From: a candidate division WOR-3 bacterium
GTDB taxonomy: Bacteria > SDB-A
Direction of reading: 5' to 3'
NCBI GenBank assembly: GCA_016934535.1
Contig: JAFGSQ010000047.1
Location: forward strand, 1-32,834
DNA: 32,834 bases
Under the pieces are notes generated by a model that was not told the origin of the DNA, did no database searches, and saw nothing but the letters and a program-made list of their open reading frames with translations. Positions 9,318-17,815 of this stretch are shown one piece after another; the first letter of the stretch is position 1, and every line of letters begins with the position of its first letter. Both the position numbers and the translations under genes were made by a program.

Positions 9318-10214
9318 TTATTGCTGATCAACAGCAAATTTGAGAGTGAAGGTCTGGGCGGCTTTGCCGCCGTTTCCGTCATCGACTTCCACCGTCACGG
9401 CGTGAGATCCTTCGGATGGAATTTCCCATGTTATCAGACCTGTTCCGCTTATTGTCATTCCCGCTGGAGCCTGCGTGAGCGAATATGAAAGGGGATCTCC
9501 ATCGTGATCATTTGACATGATTTGATAGGTATACGCGCCTCCGCCGCTGACAAAAGGAGGCGACGAGACTATTGACGGAATGGCGTTTGTAATTATTACT
9601 GTGTTCGTGCTGTATTCTACGCCGTTCCCGTCAATAAGCCTAAGCATCAGTTCGTCGCCGCGTCTGAATCCCGCCAAAGCGAGGACCGTGTCATTGGCTC
9701 CTGCGACCGGCAAGCCGTTTTTGTACCATTGCGATTCAAATGAAAAATTTGTCCTGTCGCCGATTATTTCAACTCTCATAAGGCGTATTGTTCCCGCAAC
9801 AGTGACAGAATCAGGTCCGATCCTCGCCGCCGCGATTGAAGCTGAAGCAGGAGTACCCAAGGTCACCGAAGGAGAAACAAAAGTCTTATTTTGGCCGTCG
9901 TGAAAAAATACGAAGACAGCGGTTTTTATGGTTGCGCCAAGCGGTAATTGCGACGTTTCAAGCGTTTTTGACCTGACAGCGAGAGTTTCATTTTCGACAA
10001 TCCATAAATTGTACATCGAGTCAACTCCCGGGACGGAATAAGAATAATTCGCCGTAATCGGCTCACCTCGTAAAGGCGAAACTGGAGTCAGTTGGATTTG
10101 CATCACAGGCAGATTATTGTCTTCCTGGGTGCTGTTTTGTTCTGAGGATCCGTTTTCACTTGAACAGGAAAATATAAGCAAGCATATTGAACAGATTGAT
10201 AATAAGCTTTTCAT
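9318..10214 (-). CDS. Lipoprotein with Ig-like domains and C-terminal cadherin/He_PIG-like domain
   Basis: Lipobox LLIFSC; C-terminal NAIPSIVSSP...YTYQI...DHDGDPLSYSL..APAGMTI..TGLITW...VEVDDG.GG. Confidence 0.8.
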   Translation of the reverse strand: MKSLLSICSICLLIFSCSSENGSSEQNSTQEDNNLPVMQIQLTPVSPLRGEPITANYSYSVPGVDSMYNLWIVENETLAVRSKTLETSQLPLGATIKTAVFVFFHDGQNKTFVSPSVTLGTPASASIAAARIGPDSVTVAGTIRLMRVEIIGDRTNFSFESQWYKNGLPVAGANDTVLALAGFRRGDELMLRLIDGNGVEYSTNTVIITNAIPSIVSSPPFVSGGGAYTYQIMSNDHDGDPLSYSLTQAPAGMTISGTGLITWEIPSEGSHAVTVEVDDGNGGKAAQTFTLKFAVDQQ

Positions 10215-11992
10215 CTACCCTCCTCTGTCTGAAGCGGATTTGAATTTTCCACTATTCTGTTTATCCACTCTATTACGGTGTCGCTTACCGAAATATCTCT
10301 CGACGCGTCTTCGGGAAGCTTGAAATATTCAGCATATCCGTTTTTACCTTCTATTGTCGGTATGGCAAAATTGGCATCCAGACCGGGATAAATAACAAGT
10401 TTCGACAAGTCTTCAGGCAAGCCTCTCATTTTACAAACCGAGAACAATCTTTCGGCGTTAACCGAAGAAACAAAAGCGTCTTCCGCTCCGTGTATGAACA
10501 GGAAATGACAAGTTGAATTTATAATTTTTTTTACAGGGTCGAAATCCAGCAAAGACCGAGCGTAGGCAAGGTTTTCTCTTTCTCCGGGAAAACCGCTTAT
10601 ATCAGACCAGTAAACATCGGTGTTTCTTAAATTTTCAAGTCCTCTCTTCAGGTCCTCAATCTGCTTGGACAATCTTTCGTCAGACCATTCTCTCTCTTTT
10701 GCCTGCATAATAAGCATTTCTACGTTTCCTGAATCTACAGGATTAAGAGACGTCGCTCCGAGAGATATTACACCGCGAATCCTTCCTGCATAAGCGGGGT
10801 CTGAAGCGAGATCGAACGCGATTAGAGCCCCTTCACCGTGTCCGAGTATAAACACATTCCCCTTATCGATTTTGGGATTCGCATATAAAACATCGAACGC
10901 GGAAGCGGCATCTGATGCTAAAACACCCCAATGTAAAGAATCATAGCTTCCGCCGCTTTTACCCGTTCCGCGCTTGTCATAAACTAAAATCAATGCGCTT
11001 CCGTTTGAAGCCATCCTGTGAGCTAACGAAGAAAACACTCCCATCTGCCTTCTGTCGGACGCGGCATTTGAGTGTAGAAACAGAACACCCGGAACAGTTC
11101 CCTCCTGCGAGGGCGTGTAAAATGATCCAGCGATATTAACTCCGTCAGCGCCCCTGAAACTCACATCTTCCAGCGTGTAATTCTCAGGTTGAGGCGTGTA
11201 AACAGCAGGTTCTGGCAGTGTGAAAGGAGCGTCCGGATCTTCAAAAATACTCACTGTTATTCCCGAAGGCAAAACAAGTCTGGCCTGAAGAAGCGATCCG
11301 GCTCTGCCGTCTCCCCTCATTATTGTCCTTACCACTCCGTAAACGCTGTCGTCGCTCCAATACAGCATTGAGTCTTTCTCGATCTCCTTTCTGTATACTA
11401 TCCGGAATTCGGCGGTGTCATTTTTAGCTCTCATCAGTTCAATGACCGCACTGCCCCACTCTCCAAATGCGGAAGGAATCAGAACAGGAACTTCCTGCAT
11501 TTTTTCATAAAGAGTGTCTTTGAATACAAACCTGTTTACGAGGGCTTCTATGAGAAAAGCCTTGTCCCACTCTATGATAGCCGGGCCGTCCGGATCTTTG
11601 GGATCGTTGTTATAATATCTGGGAGAAGACACGACACTGTTTTGAAGCAATACGATCCAGGGTTTTTCGTATTTCAATCTGAAAGATATTTTCTGGCCGG
11701 GAAGCTGTTCGAAACATCTGTAACTGACTATTTGCATTGAAGAGATACCGGGAACCAGAAACAGTTTTGAATCGTAAACAATAGGTCTGAGCCTGAAAGG
11801 TCTTTCCTGTATGGACGATATAATTACTGTGTCTCCAGACCTTTCTCTTCGGACTGTTTCGTAACCCACCTGATTGTTGTCAACGGCAACATTGTATATT
11901 GTTTGCGGAATAAGAGGCACAACGCGAGAGCGAGAGCCCTGTGAACAGGAAATTAAAAAAAGGACGGGTAAAAACATTGATAATTTTCTCAT
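10211..11992 (-). CDS. Lipoprotein with C-terminal alpha/beta-hydrolase fold, catalytic Ser and His apparently substituted
   Basis: ATG 11992 MRKLSMFLPVLFLISC; YDKRGTGKSGG, GHGEG (in place of GHSEG), HGAED, YPGLDANF. Confidence 0.85.
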   Translation of the reverse strand: MRKLSMFLPVLFLISCSQGSRSRVVPLIPQTIYNVAVDNNQVGYETVRRERSGDTVIISSIQERPFRLRPIVYDSKLFLVPGISSMQIVSYRCFEQLPGQKISFRLKYEKPWIVLLQNSVVSSPRYYNNDPKDPDGPAIIEWDKAFLIEALVNRFVFKDTLYEKMQEVPVLIPSAFGEWGSAVIELMRAKNDTAEFRIVYRKEIEKDSMLYWSDDSVYGVVRTIMRGDGRAGSLLQARLVLPSGITVSIFEDPDAPFTLPEPAVYTPQPENYTLEDVSFRGADGVNIAGSFYTPSQEGTVPGVLFLHSNAASDRRQMGVFSSLAHRMASNGSALILVYDKRGTGKSGGSYDSLHWGVLASDAASAFDVLYANPKIDKGNVFILGHGEGALIAFDLASDPAYAGRIRGVISLGATSLNPVDSGNVEMLIMQAKEREWSDERLSKQIEDLKRGLENLRNTDVYWSDISGFPGERENLAYARSLLDFDPVKKIINSTCHFLFIHGAEDAFVSSVNAERLFSVCKMRGLPEDLSKLVIYPGLDANFAIPTIEGKNGYAEYFKLPEDASRDISVSDTVIEWINRIVENSNPLQTEEGR

Positions 11993-12049
11993 GTTCTCTC
12001 CCTTATTTTTATTCGCTTTATCCAATTGAAATACAAAGAAACAAAAATA

Positions 12050-12517
12050 TCAATGCTTTTCTCCTCTGAACATTTTCAGTGCGTGTCCCATAACAGGAGT
12101 CAGTGTTTGGGCGCAGAGTTTAACGGCATTCATTGATCCCGGAAAATTCACTATTATTGTCCGGCTCTTTACTCCGGCATAAATTCTCGACAGCATCGCG
12201 TTGGGTGTTTCTTTATAGCATTCAGCGAGCAAAGCTCCTGACATCCCGGGTAAATCATAATCACAGTAATTTCTTGATACGTCAGGCGTCCTGTCTCTTT
12301 CCGAAATACCTGTTCCGCCTGTGGTCAGAATGAAATCGGAATCCGCGCATTTCTCGAGTGCGGACAATATCTGAGATTCATCATCCGGGACAATCTGCCT
12401 GGAAATATCTGCGGAGGGAAAAGCCTCCCTGACAATCCTTTCTATTTCAGGTCCGGTCAAGTCTTCGTAAACTCCTGTGTGAGCTCTGTCAGATATTGTA
12501 ATAACAGATACTTTCAC
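12050..12517 (-). CDS. mogA: Molybdopterin adenylyltransferase, MogA/MoaB family
   Basis: VITISDRA, EDLTGP, VPDD, TTGGTG..RD.TP, IVNFPGS. Confidence 0.9.
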   Translation of the reverse strand: MKVSVITISDRAHTGVYEDLTGPEIERIVREAFPSADISRQIVPDDESQILSALEKCADSDFILTTGGTGISERDRTPDVSRNYCDYDLPGMSGALLAECYKETPNAMLSRIYAGVKSRTIIVNFPGSMNAVKLCAQTLTPVMGHALKMFRGEKH

Positions 12518-12929
12518 TGCTTATTTCCCCTCCAATGACTACTTTTGCGAATATTCCTTTTTTGGGCATTACACATTGACCAAGTTGTTTTTCAATTTCG
12601 CATCCCGAATGGCATTCTTTTCCAATCTGCGTCACTTCGAGCATAGCGTCTCCCAAGTGGAGTTCAGTCCCCTTGGGCAAACTCGAAAGATCCACACCCT
12701 GAGTAGTAATGTTTTCGGCAAAATCACCGTATGAAATTTTAATTTTTCCTTTGACGGTTTCTTCTATGTCTTCAGCGGCGAGAAGAGAAACCTGCCTGTG
12801 CCAGTTGTCGGCATGAGCGTCTCCCTCGATTCCCCATCCTTCTTTTAAATATGCTTTTGCCACCGAAATTTTTTTTCTGCCTTTTTCATTTGAAATATTC
12901 ACGGACAGTATTTTGAAATTTTTATTCAT
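12489..12929 (-). CDS. MOSC-domain protein (putative sulfur carrier)
   Basis: GIEGDAHA..WHRQVSLL, GDFAENITT, TQIGKECH..C....G.C.MP..GIF. Confidence 0.9.
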   Translation of the reverse strand: MNKNFKILSVNISNEKGRKKISVAKAYLKEGWGIEGDAHADNWHRQVSLLAAEDIEETVKGKIKISYGDFAENITTQGVDLSSLPKGTELHLGDAMLEVTQIGKECHSGCEIEKQLGQCVMPKKGIFAKVVIGGEISSESICYYNI

Positions 12930-13384
12930 CTGTCGTCTTTCCTCTTCTCTACAAGTTTTATACCGGTTATTTTCATTTTTTTATCCACCGCTTTGCACAT
13001 GTCATATACCGTTAATGCGGCAACAGCTACCGCCGTAAGAGCTTCCATTTCGACACCCGTCTTTGATTCTGTCTTAACTTCGGCGGTAATGATTACGGCT
13101 TTTTCTTCCAACTCAAACGACAATTTAACGCTTTCGAGAGGTATTACGTGCGAAAGAGGAATCAATACCTGGGTTTTTTTTGCACCCTGTATTCCAGCAA
13201 TGTTTGCCACGGCGAGTACGTCACCTTTTATAACCGAGTTTTGTTTTATTAAAGTTATCGTGTTTTCCGAAAGTTCAATTCTCCCTTCGGCCTTCGCGTA
13301 TCTTTTTACAGCCTTTTTTTCAGAGACATCGACCATTGATGCTTTTCCCAGATCGTCGGTGTGAGAAAATATTTTGTCGTTCAT
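12926..13384 (-). CDS. moaC: Cyclic pyranopterin monophosphate synthase
   Basis: MVDVS.K, KGDVL..A..AGI.GAK.T..LIPL.H, TGVEMEAL, YDMCKAVD. Confidence 0.95.
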   Translation of the reverse strand: MNDKIFSHTDDLGKASMVDVSEKKAVKRYAKAEGRIELSENTITLIKQNSVIKGDVLAVANIAGIQGAKKTQVLIPLSHVIPLESVKLSFELEEKAVIITAEVKTESKTGVEMEALTAVAVAALTVYDMCKAVDKKMKITGIKLVEKRKDDR

Positions 13385-14175
13385 CCGCCTATCTCGTTCA
13401 TCTTTCTATTACGGCACACGCAACCTCTTTCCGGTTTTGAAAGAACGGTCTTGACAAGAGAGTTGTATATGTCTTTGTAATCTACTGTAATCTCGATGTC
13501 GTTGTGCAGACAGGGTTTCAGTTTGCCGTCCGACATAAGCCTAATTCTGTTGCAGTTTTCGCATTTCGGAGGTCTGTCGAACGGGCTTTCAGTCTTGACG
13601 CTGTCGAGAGTGTAAGCGTTAATTAATTGAAGCGATATTTCCAATCGTGAACAAAATTTTTTCATTTTCATTATTTCACCTTCACCGGTGTCTTTGAGGA
13701 CGACCATGTTAATTTTTACGGAGAGGTTTTCTTCGATCGCGCTTTCAATACCCTGAAGTACAGCTTTAATGTCTCCGCCTCTTGTTACGGCTTTGTATCT
13801 TTCTGGATCAAGCGTGTCGAGGGATATGTTCACTCTGTCGAGCCCGTTTTTTCTGAGTGCCGCAGCTTTTTTAGATAACAGTATGCCGTTTGTCGTCATA
13901 CAGACTTCCTCTATACCGTCAATGGCAGATATTTGGGTTACGAGATCTTCAATACCTTTTCTGACAAGCGGTTCGCCTCCTGTCAGTCGTATTTTTTTAA
14001 TTCCAATTCTGACTGAGTCTCTGACGATTTTAACAATGTTTTCGTAAGAAATTATGTCGGAGTGGGCTTTTTTTTCTATTCCCTCTTCGGGCATGCAGTA
14101 AAAGCATCTGAGATTGCACCTGTCGGTAACTGAAACGCGAAGATAAGAGATTTCGCGGTTATATTTGTCTAACAT
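13381..14175 (-). CDS. moaA: GTP 3',8-cyclase
   Basis: YLRVSVTDRCNLRCFYCMP, RLTGGEPL, CENCNRIRL..DG.LKPCL, C-terminal IGG; ATG 14175 overlaps the end of moeA. Confidence 0.95.
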   Translation of the reverse strand: MLDKYNREISYLRVSVTDRCNLRCFYCMPEEGIEKKAHSDIISYENIVKIVRDSVRIGIKKIRLTGGEPLVRKGIEDLVTQISAIDGIEEVCMTTNGILLSKKAAALRKNGLDRVNISLDTLDPERYKAVTRGGDIKAVLQGIESAIEENLSVKINMVVLKDTGEGEIMKMKKFCSRLEISLQLINAYTLDSVKTESPFDRPPKCENCNRIRLMSDGKLKPCLHNDIEITVDYKDIYNSLVKTVLSKPERGCVCRNRKMNEIGG

Positions 14176-15325
14176 AAACTTCTTCTTCGGCCGGAACTGT
14201 TTCGATGCCGTCGTCAATTCTCAAAAGAGCGTTTGCTCCGCCGAGAGCCACTATATCGCCGGAACCGTGATATTGTGGAAACGTAATCTGTCCGGTCACG
14301 TGTTTGACAGGAACAAATTCCACTCTCGAAACGTCTTTTCTGCTGAATTTTTCCTCGAGCCGTCCTTTTATAAAAGAAGGTTTATACGGGAATCTCATCA
14401 GATTGTAAATAAAAGGTTTTATCAAGATTTCGAAAATCACCAGAACCGACACCGGGTTTCCCGGCACACCGAAGGCGAACTTAGTGTCTTTTTCTCCGAA
14501 AATAGTCGGTTTGCCGGGTTTTACGGCCAAAGAATCGAATCTTACTGAAATTCCGTTTTTCGAGAACGCTCTTTCAGTCAAATCCTTTTCTCCTACTGAC
14601 GAACCGCCCGTTACCAGAATTACGTCGCATTCTTCCATGGCTCTGGCGATGGAATCGTATATCTCGTACAAATCATCCGAGACCCTGCTGTAAAGCTTCT
14701 TTCTGAAAAGACACGATCCCAGAAGAGCTGAAATCTGAAAAAGGTTGCTGTCGTATATCTTTCCGAATTCAAGCGGCCTGCCGGGCTCTTCCAATTCGTC
14801 TCCCGTAGTTATTACACCTATAAGAGGGCACACCGGCAGAATTATTTCGTTGTAACCGGAGGAAGCGAGGATACCGATTTCTTTTGGGCTCAAAATGCAT
14901 TTTGCGATTAAAAGCTGGTCTTTTCTGACGTATTCCCCGCGCCTTGCTATGTTTTGCGTCTCTTCTGCCTGAATAATACTCATGAATCCCTGTGACTCCG
15001 AAGCGAATTCTTTTCTTATTATTGTATCGGCGCCGTCAGGCAGTATGCCGCCTGTCATAATTTTTGCGCATTCCCCGTTTATGACAGATTTCTCGGGTTT
15101 TTTCCCGGCACCAATGATCTGGGTTATCTTGAATTTTTCCGAAACGTCAAGAAAGTCGTATGCGTATCCGTCCATGGCGGCTTTGTTATAAGGCGGCAGA
15201 TCGGTTTTTGAAAATATATCGTAATTGAGAGGTCTGTTGAGAGCGTTTTCAATCCTCACTGGTTCGGTTTCTGTTTTTATTGAATATTTTAACAAAAATT
15301 CCAAAGCTTTATCCGGATGAAGCAT
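14159..15325 (-). CDS. moeA: Molybdopterin molybdotransferase
   Basis: PPYNKAAMDGYA, IMTGG.LP.GAD, TTGDEL, TGGSSVG..D, VKPGKP, PGNPVS. Confidence 0.95.
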   Translation of the reverse strand: MLHPDKALEFLLKYSIKTETEPVRIENALNRPLNYDIFSKTDLPPYNKAAMDGYAYDFLDVSEKFKITQIIGAGKKPEKSVINGECAKIMTGGILPDGADTIIRKEFASESQGFMSIIQAEETQNIARRGEYVRKDQLLIAKCILSPKEIGILASSGYNEIILPVCPLIGVITTGDELEEPGRPLEFGKIYDSNLFQISALLGSCLFRKKLYSRVSDDLYEIYDSIARAMEECDVILVTGGSSVGEKDLTERAFSKNGISVRFDSLAVKPGKPTIFGEKDTKFAFGVPGNPVSVLVIFEILIKPFIYNLMRFPYKPSFIKGRLEEKFSRKDVSRVEFVPVKHVTGQITFPQYHGSGDIVALGGANALLRIDDGIETVPAEEEVYVRQI

Positions 15326-15359
15326 TCAGTCTCCTTTTTCGTTGTTCGTTAAGTAAATT

Positions 15360-15388
15360 ATTATCGGACAATTAAGTCGATTTGACAA
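15360..15388 (-). promoter_or_regulatory. Putative sigma70 promoter of the moeA operon
   Basis: Minus strand TTGTCA-N17-GATAAT upstream of moeA. Confidence 0.5.
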
Positions 15389-15422
15389 TAATTTATGTAT
15401 TTACCGGATGAACGTCTACATC

Positions 15423-15451
15423 TTGACAAAACAAAAACGCTGATTTAAAAT
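15423..15451 (+). promoter_or_regulatory. Putative sigma70 promoter of fdhC-mobA-fdhD
   Basis: TTGACA (15423-28)-N17-TAAAAT (15446-51), leaving a ~125-nt leader. Confidence 0.7.
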
Positions 15452-15583
15452 TCAATTTCGATTTTCTGAAAGAGGACCGGTTTAATTTACGCCAGGGTCA
15501 GCACCATAAAATGACAGTTTTGAATGAAGAATGGAAATGTCAACGATAGAGAAAAAAACTCTCGCTAATGGCAAGGAGGATTA

Positions 15584-16429
15584 ATGGCTGAGATAGTCAA
15601 TGTCGGATGCAAAACTCCGGCGAATGTCGCGGAAACCCTTTCCAGGACCACTTGCGTCCAGAAAACGACGGCTTCTGACTGGAAACTCATCGTATTGGGT
15701 ATTTTTGCCGGTGTTTATATCGGTTTCGGGGCCTCAATAGCGACACTCGTAGGATCTGATTCAGCAAAATTTCTCGGAGTGGGGCTGAGTAAATTTTTTG
15801 TCGGAGGAGTTTTCAGCGTAGGACTAATGCTCGTTGTAATAGCCGGCGCGGAACTTTTTACGGGCAACAACCTCATGCTCATGGGTGCTCTTGAAAAAAG
15901 AGTTTCAGTAGGTAAAGTACTTTACAAATGGCTCGTAGTTTACTTAGCAAACTTCGCGGGTTCGGTTCTTCTTGCATATCTCATTTATGTCAGCGGCCTT
16001 TGGAAGGGCGGAGAATTTTTAACCGGCGTAGCCGCCATTAAAATTGCCGCGGCAAAAGTCAGTCTTCCATGGGTGGAAGCTTTTGTAAGAGGTATTCTCT
16101 GCAACATACTTGTCTGTCTCGCTGTATGGATGGCAATTGCTTCGAGTAACATCGTAGGAAAGATATTCGCGATTTTCTTTCCAATAATGACATTCGTTGC
16201 AATGGGATTTGAGCACAGTGTAGCCAACATGTATTTTATTCCTCTGGGTCTTTTCCTGAAAGGAACTGCGGCCGCGGCGGCCTCAGGCCTCGATTTGAGC
16301 GGACTGACATGGATATCATTCCTCTGGAACAATCTTCTGCCCGTAACTCTTGGAAACATCATCGGAGGGGCGTTTTTCGTCGGGGCTCTCTACTGGATGG
16401 TTTACGTAAGAAACAGCAAGCAGGCATGA
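15584..16429 (+). CDS. fdhC: Formate/nitrite transporter (FNT family)
   Basis: AAGGAGG RBS; GAELFTGN, GILCNILVCLAVW, GFEHSVANM, VTLGNIIGG; FDH context favours formate. Confidence 0.9.
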   Translation: MAEIVNVGCKTPANVAETLSRTTCVQKTTASDWKLIVLGIFAGVYIGFGASIATLVGSDSAKFLGVGLSKFFVGGVFSVGLMLVVIAGAELFTGNNLMLMGALEKRVSVGKVLYKWLVVYLANFAGSVLLAYLIYVSGLWKGGEFLTGVAAIKIAAAKVSLPWVEAFVRGILCNILVCLAVWMAIASSNIVGKIFAIFFPIMTFVAMGFEHSVANMYFIPLGLFLKGTAAAAASGLDLSGLTWISFLWNNLLPVTLGNIIGGAFFVGALYWMVYVRNSKQA

Positions 16430-17010
16430 CACAGGCAGTTATCCTCGCCGGCGGCAAAAGCAGCCGTTTCGGCAGAGATAAAGCTTTCGAAAAATTTGGG
16501 GACTCGACTCTGGTCGAGTCCGTTTTTTTTTCTTTAAAAGAAATTTTCTCCGATATCATTATCGTAACCAATTGCCCTGAAAACTTCTCTATATTTGAAG
16601 CCAAAACAGTAAAGGACATAGTTCCAGGCAGAGGTCCTATCGGCGGGATTTACACTGGACTGCTGTCGTCCAGTTCACAGAGAATATTCGCCATAGCCTG
16701 CGACATGCCGTTCCTTGACAAAGATTTTATAAAATACATGATTTCAATAAAAGAAGGGGACGTCATAGTACCGAGAAAAGAAAAAGACCTCTACGAACCT
16801 CTTCACGCAGTCTATTCAAAAAACTGTCTGCCGTACATTCTTGATCAGCTCAACAAAGGAGACAATAAAATTCAGAATTTTTTCAGCTTTGTCAAAACCG
16901 TCTATGTTGAAAAAGACGTAATCCTTCGCTTTGACACCGAAATGAAAATGTTTTTCAACATAAATGAAAAAAACGATCTCAAGAGATTCAAAACGTGTAT
17001 AGAAAAATGA
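16426..17010 (+). CDS. mobA: Molybdenum cofactor guanylyltransferase
   Basis: ATG 16426 overlaps fdhC stop (ATGA); ILAGGKSSRFG.DKA, GPIGGI, ACDMPF, EPLHAVY, FFNIN. Confidence 0.92.
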   Translation: MTQAVILAGGKSSRFGRDKAFEKFGDSTLVESVFFSLKEIFSDIIIVTNCPENFSIFEAKTVKDIVPGRGPIGGIYTGLLSSSSQRIFAIACDMPFLDKDFIKYMISIKEGDVIVPRKEKDLYEPLHAVYSKNCLPYILDQLNKGDNKIQNFFSFVKTVYVEKDVILRFDTEMKMFFNINEKNDLKRFKTCIEK

Positions 17011-17750
17011 GAATCAAGAGGATCGACCTCCGGGACGGCGAGACCTTTTTTGAAGACAAAATAATAAAAGAATCAATGATAAAAATCTTAGTCAACGGCT
17101 CCGAAATGTCAAACATGGTTTGCTCTCCGTCCCAACTCGACGAGCTCGCTGTCGGCCGTCTTTTCTCCGAGGGTTTTATCGAATCGGCCAAGGAGATATC
17201 ATCAATAGAAATTGAAAAAGACAAAATGACAGTAAATGTGGCGCTCAAAAAAAAACCGACTGACGCTGGAATTGAGAAACAATACGTAATGACATCCGGA
17301 TGCGGACAGGCGGCATCGGATCTCAATCTTCTCCAGGGGAAAGGACTTAAACCTCTCGATAAACCGAGAATGTTCGATGCGAAAATAATTCTGGATCTGT
17401 TAAGGGAATTTCAGAAAAGATCTTTGATTTTCGCCGAAACCGGCGGAGTTCACGCGGCGGCATTGTGCAGGACCGACAAAATCATTTCTTTCAAAGAAGA
17501 CATTGGCCGTCACAACGCAGTGGACAAAATAATCGGAGAGGCACTGCTCGGTGGAAAAAACGGAGAAGGTCTGTACATGCTTTTTTCCGGAAGAATATCC
17601 TCTGAAATTCTTGTTAAATCGCTGAAGTTCGGAGTTTATCTCATAGCTTCGAGATCCGCACCGACTGATCGAGCTGTTGAGCTCGCCAGAAAGACAAACA
17701 TCAGACTTATAGGCTTTGCCAGAGGATTCAGATTGAACGTCTACAATTAA
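17007..17750 (+). CDS. fdhD: Formate dehydrogenase accessory sulfurtransferase
   Basis: SGCG, TGGVHAAAL, EDIGRHNAVDK, SGRISSE; ATG 17007 overlaps mobA stop. Confidence 0.93.
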   Translation: MRIKRIDLRDGETFFEDKIIKESMIKILVNGSEMSNMVCSPSQLDELAVGRLFSEGFIESAKEISSIEIEKDKMTVNVALKKKPTDAGIEKQYVMTSGCGQAASDLNLLQGKGLKPLDKPRMFDAKIILDLLREFQKRSLIFAETGGVHAAALCRTDKIISFKEDIGRHNAVDKIIGEALLGGKNGEGLYMLFSGRISSEILVKSLKFGVYLIASRSAPTDRAVELARKTNIRLIGFARGFRLNVYN

Positions 17751-17772
17751 TTTTTTTCGTTCATTAAATTAA

Positions 17773-17798
17773 AAAAAGGCGGAATAATCCGCCTTTTT
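17773..17798. terminator. Bidirectional intrinsic terminator between fdhD and the convergent fdh operon
   Basis: AAAAAGGCGGA-ATAA-TCCGCCTTTTT perfect hairpin with A/T tracts on both sides. Confidence 0.85.
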
Positions 17799-17815
17799 CT
17801 CAAACCTGTCCTTTA

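Noticed and set aside
15355-15394. Imperfect inverted repeat AAATTATTATC...GACAATAATTT as a ModE/Rex operator
   Set aside because: It is AT-rich, coincides with the predicted moeA promoter elements, and does not match the ModE or Rex consensus well enough to call.
15458-15583. Moco/Wco riboswitch or SAM-I riboswitch in the fdhC leader
   Set aside because: Only fragments resemble them (CCAGGG, UGGAAA, CAGCACC). The CCUCCC/GNRA elements of Moco RNA and the SAM-I core are not visible; an Rfam scan is needed.
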